Source: Laetmonice hystrix
Lineage: Eukaryota
Direction of reading: 5' to 3'
DNA: 64,000 nt
Assembly: GCA_965235115.1 (NCBI GenBank)
Contig: OZ249448.1
Span: 18,166,001 to 18,230,000, forward strand
Positions 13,401 through 25,164 of this stretch are shown piece after piece. Positions within the stretch are counted from its first letter, which is position 1. Every line of letters starts with the position of its first letter. A program made the position numbers and the translations under genes. The notes beneath the pieces are model-generated. The model ran no database searches. It was not told the origin of the DNA and saw only the letters and a list, made by a program, of their open reading frames with translations.

Positions 13401-14423
13401 CCAAGAATATTGGAAATTTATGAAAAAGTTTTAAATGACAAGGTATATATACTCTTTAGAGTGAAACACACTGAAGCGTTTTTACCGGCCGAAGTCCGAG
13501 CGATTTATAATTTAAAGGTAGAAATTCGCTGTACATTATGTCCTCGAGACTCTTCTGTGATACTGGAAATAAGTTCCGTCCTTTAAGATCAGGATAGCAC
13601 GGACTTCACACTAATAATCGTTTCAGTGTGTTGCTCCTTAAAAACTCTGGTCGATTTGAGTCGACTTTTGACGGGCACGTCGTCGATCTGACAATATGAC
13701 CCAAAGGTTGCACATAGAAAAGCCAAACTTCTCTCGATATTAATAATAATCTTGAAGGATGTTGTATTTGGGCTTAAATATTTACACTTGGTTCCCCATT
13801 GACGCCTTCGCTCAACATTGTGAACGTACTGAAGAAACGCACAGTATGATGGACTCTTTCAAAGTCGTATTCCCAAGGCATATACACAATATACACGTAC
13901 GTGTTTCACTAGAGTTGAAGGCATTTTTATTCCTAATTGTGAATGCCTGATCTGAAGTTGGCTACCAAAGGAGCCCACTTGGCACTGTCACATGCACTCA
14001 TTTATGTTTTGATTATATTATATTAATGCATATATACATATACATCAATCATACATATAACAACCATATATAAAACAGACGCCCACATGGTCTTCCGTAA
14101 CGTATGGTCAACTTCGATACTGTATTTAATGAGATTCATACTGTTCAATATATGCTGGCTTATAAAGCATTCAGCCAATACCAATGTTTAATTAAAACAT
14201 TTTGTATACAACATTTCAAATATACATTGATGAACCATGCACGAGAATGCTCATATTTACTGATTGTCCCCACTCTGTTGCCTCTTATAACAAAACTATA
14301 ACATTGATTATTTCCTGCACTTAGTACATTTCGCTCAACTTCTATATCACCAAACATATCAATAAGCCTAGCCGCTGGTGGTATTGAGCCATGGAGGTTA
14401 CTGGAAATGTCCACACCCATAGA

Positions 14424-14716
14424 CTTCATTCGGTAACCATTCTTGAAACGATACATTTGATTTGTTGACCTTAGTAATAATTGTACATCAGTAACATGAA
14501 TTTAAATTCGACTCAAGCTGCTACTGGTAATAGGTACTGGTGCAGTAAATCGCATAGATCTGATAGGATAGGGTTACTTCGAAAGAAGTGAAAATCGATT
14601 GGTCGTGGCGGTAACTCGGCTTGGTAGTTATAACATAATATTAAACTATAACCTTGACTGAGAACCAACTCTAGGGCAGTTTTGTCCGGACCATTTCCCC
14701 TCAAAATTATTTCCTT
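14424..14716 (-). pseudogene. Possible highly decayed mariner/Tc1-type transposase C-terminus
   Basis: One frame with stops reads IILRGNGPDKTA...GYSL...YQAELPPRPIDFHFFRS...KCIVSRMVTE. This is collinear with the mariner motifs ILLHDNARPHTA, YSPDLAPSDYHLFRS and WQKCI..G.Y.E. Identity is low and could be chance. Confidence 0.3.
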
Positions 14717-14750
14717 TTCGTCGGCGCAGTTTGAGAACTGTTCAACACGA

Positions 14751-14858
14751 GATTTGGGGTCCGGTAAATCTGACTACGTATGTCACGATTTGTGGGGTTC
14801 CGGTAAATCTGACGAGGAATGTCACGATTTGTGGGGTTCCGGTAAATCGTAACGTCAC
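14751..14858. repeat. Three 33-39-bp tandem copies
   Basis: GATTTG(TG)GGGT(T)CCGGTAAATC...GTCAC at 14751, 14787 and 14826. Confidence 0.85.
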
Positions 14859-16516
14859 AGTTGTAAAGAGGTCATCATCTTGACCACAATCATATCCTAA
14901 TAAATGAAAATATTTTAACATTTTACAACCGACGTTTCAATACGTCGGTAATCAGAAAGGGATGCCACTTTCTGGAGAGACCAATCGTTTTGGGACGAAG
15001 GAGGTCATTACTTCCGGTTCACTTACTTGCCGGTAGATGACCTTGGGAAGCGCTATAGCTAGAACCTAGAATTATAGAAGACAAGAAGATGGGCCATTGA
15101 AGTTTTATACATGACGTTACATCTGCTTCTTCATGCACTCTCAGTGGCCGTTCCCTACATGGGTGCATTCCCAGTATGACTGTGGGGAGGCCCGAGCCCC
15201 TGGATTTGGAAGTGTCAAGGTGATATGGCGAGTTACTGATGATCTTCCTGTGGCAGTCTTGCGGGCAGAGAATGGAGGGGGTTGGGTTGGGGTTATGAAG
15301 TAACAAAGCACACTTATGTATCACTTTGTGATGAGACTCTCTCTACAAAATTTCACACCTATAAGGGATAACACGACCCAGAAAAATGTCTCATCCAGGA
15401 TACATGTTATCCACGATCACGGACTTTGAAACAGCTTGGTTACGTGTGAGAAAACGCTATATACGGAAAGGTTCAAACAGTCGGCATGACCGAATCGAAT
15501 ACGAGAAAAAATGTAAATTTATTACCTCTTTTAAAAATGGACAAAAGAGTGTTGTTTGCATTCAATATATTAATTTGTACGTCTTAATATGGTATGATTA
15601 TAATAACGAACAAAGGCCATTCATACTAGCGATCGAGTCATGAATGAGAAACTGTTAGCGGGTGATAACATTAACGTTGCCGTAATGTACGCCGATAAGC
15701 TCGAACTGATAAGAACGCGTGTCTACAATGCGAATCAATAGAAAATTACATTTTTACCCCCAAAGGCAATGAAACTGGGCACACCCCCCTGGACACGAGC
15801 CGTGAGGGGCACCATCTGTCCAAGGATCTTTCTCTCTAATGTTTGGCTGGGGGCCCTTGATAACCGACACATGTTTCTTGCAGTATATAATATATATCTG
15901 TAAGGGAGATACCAGCACTTCAGTAATAGGAAGACGCTGTTGATGCTGATGTTTAACCATGACTCACGAGAACGCGTAGTGACGTAACAAGTTGAACGAG
16001 CACCACAACTTGCGTATTGATCTCATTTATACTGATACACGGGGCGTGCAGCTATCCAACATTGGCACAAACCGTCAAACAGGCTGGTGAATGGGAACGG
16101 ATGAGTAAGCGCACTCGTCTATCATCACCATCATCATTATCATCATCTTCTTCTCCATTATCATTCCTAGCAATCCTTGGAGGAATAAGTTCTATGTATA
16201 ACGTCCCTTTATGCAGTGAAGAAATCACATTTTGGGCATTTGAGCAGTGACCGCCATCTGTGGAGCATGGCCGTCTCTCGGGTTCGATGCGGTATTATGA
16301 CGTAATAATAGTAATCTACATAACAACACAGCTTCACCAGTCTCCGTGCATATATGAGAAATGCCTTACAGCATCTTCTTCGGAGTCGTTAAGGCAATGG
16401 TGGAATTTCTTTGCCGGTCAATACTTAAGTATCTATATACGTATATAGACAAACACTCCAGTGTGCAGCATGTTTGCATGCCTGTGAAGGGATACGAGAA
16501 GCTGGTTCACCGTCGG

Positions 16517-17764
16517 CTATACAACTTCCATGGTCCCTCCTGCGCCTTGGCCGCGGCCGCTTGTAACCACGTTACGGCGCGATCTGGCCGGATGTTCCGA
16601 GATCAGTCTCCTCTCTGGGCCGTAGTTTTCAAACAAGCCACACAGCGTTTCGGCCGCCACCATCTCTCCAATGTTCATCGAGAGCATACGGATAAGGAAT
16701 ATACCGTCCCGCCTGAGATAGTATTGGGCAAATTTGCCTATTGTTGCCTTGGTGCGATGTGACACGTCAAATGCTCTGAGCTTCCTCTTAACATACTGTA
16801 TCTGCCCAGGCCAGTATATAGAGCGTGCCACCCATTGGAATAAATTCATGAAGGTTGATAGAGCTACAAAAACATACCAAAACCATAAAAGTATAAAAAT
16901 CTTTTCGTTAAAAAGATTGATGGTCAATGCGCACTGCACCACGTAATCATGAAGCCGAGCTTGATGACGAATCTGAAAGTTGCATAAAGTAACCCTCGGG
17001 AAGCGTTCCGATGCCGCCCAGTCTTCTCCATTGAAGAGACGCGCCATGACATAGATACCGTAAAGATGGAACTCGATACCGAGGAACATGTCAAGGAGGA
17101 AGAGCTGCCCGAGGGCGTTGACAGCGTAGAGCAGCTTGATGAAGATATAGGCGACCGTTAGGAAGTTCCCATGCCGCTTACCACCCACAAGGAAGCAGTA
17201 ACGGGCCACGACTTGTTTGAGGCGAATGCAGCAGTTCTGTCGGTAGTCACGTTGGCTCATTAGGTAGCGGTCAATCTGGTTCACAAGGTAGCGGACAGTG
17301 CGGTCTTTGATCTCCGAATACGCCGCCTTGTGGCAGACCGACGCAGCGTCCAGGAGCGAACTGACATCCATGCCAGAACGGACATTCAGCCATCGCCATA
17401 TAAGGCAGGGGACAAAGGACATGAGGGCTTGGCATAGTAAGATTAAAGGCACCCATTGGTAGTAGCTGACCAGTGGTTGGTGCGCCTTCAGATCGTGGTC
17501 ATCTGGTATGCGCCGATCAAACGGTACATAGTATGTGTTGGACACCCAGCATATCGTGTTGGTGTACTGCCGATGAGACTCAGTAAAATGAGCCGGGCAC
17601 CAGCATGAGATAGGGTCGCCCACAAACTGGCGGGTGCTCACAAGGAATGCCAGAATGGTCAGCAGACCGGTCGTGTACTGCCTCGACAACCGGTCAATGA
17701 AATCGTCATCGTGCCTGAATTTGACCTCACGCAAGGAAAGCACAGTACGCAGGAGCCTATCCAT
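16517..17764 (-). CDS. inx: Innexin (invertebrate gap-junction/hemichannel protein), 415 aa, single coding exon
   Basis: All innexin hallmarks occur in order: N-terminal DDDFIDRLSRQYT, TM1, extracellular loop 1 GDPISCWCP...YTNTICW, the YYQWVP signature at TM2, TM3, extracellular loop 2 FPRVTLCNF...QCALTINLFNEKIF and TM4 ILLWFWYVFV. The ATG has a good context (AAGCATGG) and an in-frame TAA 15 nt upstream fixes the start. The specific paralogue cannot be assigned by eye. Confidence 0.98.
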   Translation of the reverse strand: MDRLLRTVLSLREVKFRHDDDFIDRLSRQYTTGLLTILAFLVSTRQFVGDPISCWCPAHFTESHRQYTNTICWVSNTYYVPFDRRIPDDHDLKAHQPLVSYYQWVPLILLCQALMSFVPCLIWRWLNVRSGMDVSSLLDAASVCHKAAYSEIKDRTVRYLVNQIDRYLMSQRDYRQNCCIRLKQVVARYCFLVGGKRHGNFLTVAYIFIKLLYAVNALGQLFLLDMFLGIEFHLYGIYVMARLFNGEDWAASERFPRVTLCNFQIRHQARLHDYVVQCALTINLFNEKIFILLWFWYVFVALSTFMNLFQWVARSIYWPGQIQYVKRKLRAFDVSHRTKATIGKFAQYYLRRDGIFLIRMLSMNIGEMVAAETLCGLFENYGPERRLISEHPARSRRNVVTSGRGQGAGGTMEVV

Positions 17765-17816
17765 GCTTTTTTGACTTTAGTGGTACCTTTGCTTTGTGAG
17801 AAATGGCTTGTCTTAG

Positions 17817-17900
17817 CTGTAAATGGGATCTGCTCTTTTTGAAGATGATCCGCCAATCAGATTTTGATATGACTTAAAATAAGTCACCAATAAGGCTTAC
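17817..17900 (-). other. Predicted 84-nt intron in the innexin 5' UTR
   Basis: The minus strand reads GGA|GTAAGC...CCCATTTACAG|CTAAG, leaving 52 nt of UTR before the ATG. This is a motif-only prediction. Confidence 0.4.
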
Positions 17901-19108
17901 TCCGGATATTGAGAGGAGACTCAGAGGGCGACTGCTGCCTAGTAGATTTTGGCTGGTTTTGTTTGTGTGTGTATGTAAACAGTTGGCCTAGATGACGGTA
18001 GGCCTATGGCACGAGGGAAGAGGGGGTATTGTTGTGTGGGATGCCCCAATGCCTTTTTAAGAAGTGGACCCTTTGCGGCTTAGTTGGATCTTCCTTGCGA
18101 CGTTCACCTACAAATCTCCACCAAATGCAAGCTGTCGTACCGACTTACACGTTCTCATATTGTCGGTCACGCCTTGGTGGAGTTGGCCTCAGCGCCATTT
18201 GTGAAATAAGCTTCAGTTTGAGGGGTTGATGACGTCAGTGATTGTGACGTCGATAGGATATCTTCCGGTGACTGTACACTCAGTGGGATTCCCTGTAAAC
18301 CCACCAGCTCTGCTGAGTCATTTGCGGTGAGCAGCTAATCCTATCGACCTGATGCCTGGGTCTGGCCTGTTTGATGGATGCGATCAAATTTGTCCTGTGT
18401 CAGTATTGATCAAAGTTGGCAAATATAATGTTGGGGACAATGACCGTTCAATACTGTTTGGTCGTGCTCGGTCTAGATCTGTTGTGGTTGACACTGGCCT
18501 ACTATAGTACTGTTCCAATAAACCCTATACCTCTATGTAAACCAAGTCTGTGATTTCGATTAGAGGTGATACGATCCTGTTTTCTTTTTTTCAATCTGAG
18601 TGTTTTGGCCGATATTGAAGATGTCACACACTTGTGCTAGTTGCAGTGTGATCGAATGGAGATACCGTATTGACCGTATCTACCGGTACCCTCACGATCG
18701 CCTGGTCACACCTTATTTGGTATTGTTCCACGCGGTCTGCTCCTCACCAGAGTACGCCTACTCCACGGGATGTACTCCAACTTGGCAACAATAGGTGGCA
18801 CTGGGAGGACTAGAACAATTCAAACGGCAATACTATAAAATACGCTGATGGAAACCAGGAAACGCTGAACTCTGCAGTAATAATACGTCCGACACGTAGT
18901 GGACGATACTCGTATCAATATCAACCAGTTTCTATTCCAATCTACTCTATATTTCTCATAAAGGCAGTGAGAATCTTTCCGTCATTTCCCAGATAAATCG
19001 CTCAAAATCTAAGTGGCCAGCGTATATCCTTATAACTGACTTATCCTTTGGTGTGTGACCTGAAGATACGGACAGGTGACGATACCCTGTCGCTATCTGC
19101 CTCCAGTC

Positions 19109-19342
19109 TCAGCAGCAGATGCAACACATACACATAAGACAATCCTCGGCGCCTCCATCGCCCTCCTTCTCTCGGCGCTCCTGTTCGATAAACTCCAGCG
19201 TCGTGTCGGGTAGTTTGGTGACGGGCGCTCGTCCTCTTATCATTCCAGTTTCATCATCGAAGTTGTCGGCGTCACTGAGAACCCGCATCCAGTAGTCGTC
19301 GTCAAGCTTGTGGGGAGGGACGTCTGGATTCTCAGTCAACAT
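19109..19342 (-). CDS. Putative 77-aa acidic microprotein with C-terminal cysteine cluster (unknown family; loosely CYSTM-like tail)
   Basis: ATG-to-TGA ORF with coding-like codon pattern, 19 of 77 residues D/E and 6 Cys in the last 10 residues. Its ATG is the first one after a good minus-strand splice acceptor (TTTTTCTCTGCCAG, AG at 19464-19463). No homologue recognised. Confidence 0.55.
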   Translation of the reverse strand: MLTENPDVPPHKLDDDYWMRVLSDADNFDDETGMIRGRAPVTKLPDTTLEFIEQERREKEGDGGAEDCLMCMCCICC

Positions 19343-21651
19343 TCGTGTAGATGTGGGGCTCGGCCCGCGGTTTGGCTGGCCGAGGATATTATGATTGAAG
19401 ACGGCAGTTCACTCCTGCCTCGTACCGTGGAAATCTCGCCGCCCTCCTGTCGTTTCGCTGGGCTGGCAGAGAAAAACCCGACTTTATTCCCGCGTTATAT
19501 CAAAGGTCGATCTCACTAGCAGTGGGGGATGTTAGTGTTCCGTTGTAGATTGTTGTTGTGGTGGGCTTTCCCGCCAGAGGAACGCGGGTGGAGAGTCAGA
19601 CGACCTCGGAACGCGACGTAACCAGCGTTCGACGGCAACAGCAGCCGCCAACGCGCAGCACACCCACACAGCGAGAAATGGCGATTCCGATGCACTAGCG
19701 ACACCACGCGATCGATTTGAACACTAGATCAATGAGCTGACACCAGCAGCTCTCAATTTAGCGACTTAAAACGTCCTTAAGACAAACAGCCGGCTTTAAT
19801 AAACGCTCAATCGTCGACATGTATCTGGGCAGTGAAGAAATCCATCGACCATTATCTGATGTACAATCCTCCACACATCAATTAGATCGATCTCTCTGGC
19901 AGATCAGACACCATCAGTTACTGGGTAAACACTACCTGCTTAGGCTTGTCCTCCCACTATTGTACTATGTCATACAACTCCATGAATATTGACGACAACA
20001 TGTAGGCTAGCGTCCGTCACTGTATATAAGGAGGTGATGATAGACGGCTGTCTGAGATCGTACACAATGATGCGGCAGTCTGAGAGAGTAACGGACAAGT
20101 GTCGCCTTGTTTCGCCTTCTCGTTAGAACACCGGTATCTGGCGTCAATATCAGATTGTACTGCTAATGATATTTCAAGAAACCATACCGTGGGTATTGCC
20201 GATATCAGCGATGCCAGCCACGTAGACAAATCCAGACCATGAGCTGAAGTCGCCAAGCGCATCAATATAAAGACCACAGAGCCGTCGATGGCCCGGTCGG
20301 CTGTGTACGCGCGGGGCCTGTATTGCAAGGTCACCGAGCACTAGCAGGCTGCCACCACCGCTCTCCACTCCGTCGTCGCCGCCGCTGATGTCGCTGCCAT
20401 TGCAGTTGCTGACGCTGCTGACTCTGCCGGCGCCCGAGCTGAGATGGCCTGAAGCTGGTGCCGACGCCGCTGGCTACACTGGTTGCAGGTTTCCTCCTTG
20501 GCTTCCGATCCGCCCCCGTTAAACTCGCCGCTCTGGTATCAACTCCACAAATATGGCATACGATCCTTGTCCAACAATAGCCGAGCCAATCTGCCTCACT
20601 CGACGTGCATTGGTAGCTGTTCCCTGGCAGAGCTATCCCTCAGTCGATCACAACGTCCGTCTAAAACACAAACTCTCGATTATCCAAGCCAGCGTACACA
20701 CTCTATCATGCAATCTCCTTGTACAGATAAAACCAGAGGTTGAGAGCCAGAGACAGAACGCGAGCGTAGCACCACCAATGGAATGACCTGTATCTTTCAA
20801 TAGTCCTTCACCGTAATCATACCACGGCAGTCTCCATTAACGTATCCCCACTACGAGGCTGCCTCCCTCCGTTATATAAGTCGGACACCTGGCGCTTATA
20901 GCGCTTTAAACTGACGCTTAAATGTATCCGTGAGAGTGACTAAGGTCCAGGGAGTTACCAAACGGACACTAAGCTAGTGGCGATGACCAGTGGACGTCCA
21001 GGAACAGTCCATACTGCAGCACAACCAGTCAGCATCCAACCACGCTCTTCGACAACCTCTACGTCCACCACCAACAATGGCGATGAGGAACCTGTCGACA
21101 GCAAGTCTCCTTTACCTTGTATGTACATCCACCCCGATGTAGGCGCTCTTACTCCAGTCGTGATGGGATCACAGATAGTATCCCCGCTTAGGTTAAGTCT
21201 GACAGGCTTCCAGGTGTGAAGCCCTACAAGTGGATTGCTGGACAAGGTCAATTAAATTCCCTTCGGGGTTTTCCCTTTCGACGTTACGATCGTGATGTTA
21301 ACAGCAAAGCCTCCAAATCCCCAACGTTTGCACGTAGCTAAGGTTTCGCAGTGACGCGCGCTACTCTTCCACAATGATTGGGGCCGTCTCTTACTAGTGT
21401 CCCTTCAGTCGTACCTGCCCTCGTGTCGCAGATGTCGCGGTCAGTTTCTCCTTCACCTCGACTCCCTGCCCCGTACTAGCCACCACCAGAAATGATGAGA
21501 ACCTTGGCGTATAGTCAGTGGAAGGTCCTACTCGGCCTCCGTGCTGGCGGCGCTGAGCCCGCTAACGTGCCCGACACTGAACCAAGTCTCGAGTCTCTCC
21601 ACCGCCTGGCTGCCTGCCTTCAGTGCACAACAGCGTCAGCCTCCGGCAAAC

Positions 21652-21653
<2 letters not shown>

Positions 21654-21683
<30 letters not shown>
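21654..21683. repeat. (CTG)10
   Basis: Directly visible. Confidence 0.97.
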
Positions 21684-21685
<2 letters not shown>

Positions 21686-21777
21686 GCGCACGCCACCCTT
21701 TACCAGTCGCTTCAGCAGCATCAGCATCAGCATCAGCGATGCTGCCAGCAACATTAGACTGCAACGCCTCTACTACT

Positions 21778-21778
<1 letters not shown>

Positions 21779-21832
<54 letters not shown>
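21779..21832. repeat. (CAG)18
   Basis: Directly visible. It is preceded by (TAC)3. Confidence 0.97.
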
Positions 21833-21833
<1 letters not shown>

Positions 21834-24800
21834 GCGGTGACAGCATGCTGGACGGAGCACATGGAGGCTCCAGTAACGGGAAGAAACGCCTGCTGCAGCA
21901 GCAGAGACACCATTACTGGCGTGGACGGAGGAGGAGGGCGAGGAACAACACAGTCACTGTGTCAGTCCCCCACCCCCACCATGGCCACAGACACAGGCAT
22001 ACAACATCAACGCCTTAAACCACATCTCTCAGCAACCATTCCAAGTCCCGGCCTAGGAGAACTGATCCCTTACCTGTCTCCTTTATAACATTGATAAGAG
22101 TAAGACACCTAATCTGCCTTTACAGGTACGAGCTATATATAGAGCAGCAATCAATCCGTCAAATTAATTCGTATATTGTCACGTAGGCGTCACTAAAACC
22201 GCATCTGTAGGGAAATTAAATTGGTTAGTGATCACTGTTGTGTAATTTTGTTGATAAGTATAGATATGTTATATTGAGATATGTGAAGTATAAATTTTCC
22301 ATTCTGGAATAATCTGGTGAGTAAAAGTACAAAGATTCATTATATTTTTAAAACAGTGAAACTAATGATTGCTATAAGAATTAATTGATTAACGAATAAG
22401 ACACCATTTCAATTAATATTCGTTGCACGTTTCATTCGCCATAGATTATTAGGAGAAAAACTCCTAGGATGGAACGATGAATGAACCAAGAAATATAGAA
22501 CTGAACTCCTAGTTGCAGCTTCTTCATCGGTTCTTCACATCTGTAAGCTCTCTACATATTCCGTCACTCATTGGTGAAGTCGGCGTCGGAATCAATGTTG
22601 TGCACCCCGTTTTATATCAGGGCCACTATTGCAGCGATAGTATCATGCGCGAGGAAATTCGTTTCAGCGTATAATGAAAACGCTTGGCGAGTTGATAAAT
22701 GACCGAAAAGGCGGCCACGACTGGGCGGCTGGAGCGTGAGTAGTTTATGGAAAGACGGCTCGGTAGCAGGCACAGTACTGAGTAGTATACCGAAATGGGA
22801 ATTTGGGTCTGGTTTCGTCTCTCGGCAAGCTGAGCACACTTGACCAGTGCTGCACGTGTTTCATAACAGAACGGCAATTTCGGTTTGTCCATGGATGATG
22901 GTCTGTGTGAGGAATACAGCGGCGACTGATGGCGGACGTTTGTCGAATGAAGGGATAAACGGTTGAATGAGAACACGTGGGAGATCGGACTGAGGAGAGG
23001 AATGTCAACACGGCGGCAAATATATAGATATAGAATTTAAAGTTGATCATTGGCAGGTCTGTTATCGAGAGGAGTGGGGTGCAGGGAGGGGGTGATGAGG
23101 GAGTGGCGGGAGCTAGGGGGGTGGAAGGGGAGGGCGGGGTTACAATGATGGATAGGGTTGATAGTGGAGCTGAAATCAAGGGGCTGACACACAAGGAGCC
23201 AGTGGCTCCCGGAGCCAAACGTCGGCGGTAGGATATAGACCACAGGCTGCAGGTACGGCCTAATTATAACCGTTCTATCAATCATTGATGTCTAACTAAC
23301 GACTCGTAACCCCGGACAACGTAGGTATGCGGGTCTGTAGTTATGTAACCCGTCACACTGGCGCTGCACGGACGTGTAGCCACGCGACCCCCCCCCCCTA
23401 TCCTCCACACCCCCCGCGGCTCGTGGTGAAGGCACTGCCCGCCAGGTGTCCGCCCTACGTGACCACAGCGGCCCCAGGAACGTCTCAAATGAATTCCCTG
23501 CTCACTGATGCCCTTTCACCTAATGACAAAGGCCACGTTCGCGCCCACGGGCCGCGTGATTGTTTACCAGGCCTTACTCGTTGCTTCCAGCCCCGTACAC
23601 CGAACCAACCGAGCCGACTCGACTTAAGGCCATGTGTAAACGGGAAAACGCACCACTACACTTCACTCCTGCAGGGTGTGGCACTGACCTAATTCTGGGG
23701 TAATATCGACTGCTAAAGCAATCCCGTAATTGTGTCCACCCATGTCCCTGTACCCGACGGTTGGACTGAATGGAGCGACAACGTTTGGACCGCCTCTATT
23801 ATGTGAAGGGAATAATGTTGATTCAGCTGCCAGCTTAGACTGCCATTAGCCGTCAATACAGTAGCACGTAATGCATCAGTTTGTTCTTCGTGAGCGTGGG
23901 GTAAAATATAATAATTCTGTCCGTGATAATTATGTCTGTAAATAGGACCGTAATGATAATGATGTTCGTCTATACGTCTATCAGTACAAATAATAGGTCT
24001 GCTGTTAGCAATACTGCTGGTGCTGCTACCTGTGACAGGGCGAGCAAAGCAAATATGGTATTGATCACAATATTGTTGAACCATAAGCGTTTTATCATAC
24101 GTAATATCATTACTTTATGACAGCAGTTTCTGTGGAAAAGTTATTTCCAATCGGGCAATATTGTAATAGAATATGAGCACACAGAAATATTCCTGCTGAG
24201 ACGTCAAGCACCGTTAACACATCAACAACTATGATAAGATGAGAGTACGTTTATAACAGCTGATATCACGAGGATCCTGTCGACATCATGCCAATCATCC
24301 CCCTCGTCATATTCTGGGTCACCTCAGTAAGAATGATGCCAAGTTAGAGGTTTGTGATGGTGGACAGGCCCGCTGGACGCCGTACTGGGAGAAGTCGGGA
24401 GGCCAGGGCCGCTACGGCCACGGCCGCCCGCCCGCCCTGCACCGGCTCGCTGCTCCCAGAGACCCGCCAACCGCCATCGATCTTCCTAAAGGCGCCCCTA
24501 CCAAATGGAAGTGATTTTCTTTTGCACATTGTCCTGGGTCACCCGTCGCCTCCGATAGGGAAGGTCGGTGAGCATGTGACTAGGACACTGTCATTTAGAA
24601 TCATTCTGCTGCTGATAATACCCCTAAGGCATCCCCTGCCTCACCCCTATACCCCCACCAAAACCCTTCCCGGCCAGGCCGAGATCAAAGCACACATATG
24701 GTATGGTTTATTTAGCTGCGGTATGTAGGTCAGTGGTGTTAGAAAATGGGCAGGTCGAGTGAGGGAAGAAGATAGTGAAACGAGCAAGATAGAAAGGGTT

Positions 24801-25164
24801 GAAAGGTTGACCCAAGGATTGCTGCAGATGAAAGGATGTGGGGAGCGTGAGCAGGCAGATATTAATAGACTGGCCGCTGATACGGGTGGTGAATATAAGG
24901 AGTATGGTTGAAACAATGGACAGGCACGGGAAGATAGCGCAGGGAATGGACGGGAGAGGAGATAGGGACGTATAGGGGGAACCGACAAGGAAAATAAACG
25001 ATGTTTCGTGCAGGGAAACAGGGCTGGGCCACTCGACTGCCCATTAATTCCCACAGCTCATTGGGTGGTTAGGGCGGGGGAGGGAGGGGGAAATTTAAGG
25101 GGGTGGGGGTAAGTATTATCGCGGTTGCTCTCATTTCGCAATCCTCCTCCCTGCCATACCTAGC

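Noticed and set aside
13512-13586. TTAAAGG...CCTTTAA as a Kolobok-type element
   Set aside because: It is only 75 bp and the inverted match does not extend beyond 7 bp.
14160-14456. VDISSNLHGSIPP resembling a plant-type LRR
   Set aside because: It is a single isolated motif with no repeat periodicity.
20017-20334. 105-aa minus ORF with hydrophobic stretches
   Set aside because: It has a GTG start with a stop just upstream and no coding-like codon pattern. It is more likely UTR or intron.
21492-22088. 198-aa ORF with poly-Leu and poly-Ser (and overlapping poly-Ala/Gln/Cys ORFs)
   Set aside because: Its length is explained by stop-free CTG/CAG repeats in GC-rich DNA. Several frames are open and no domain is present.
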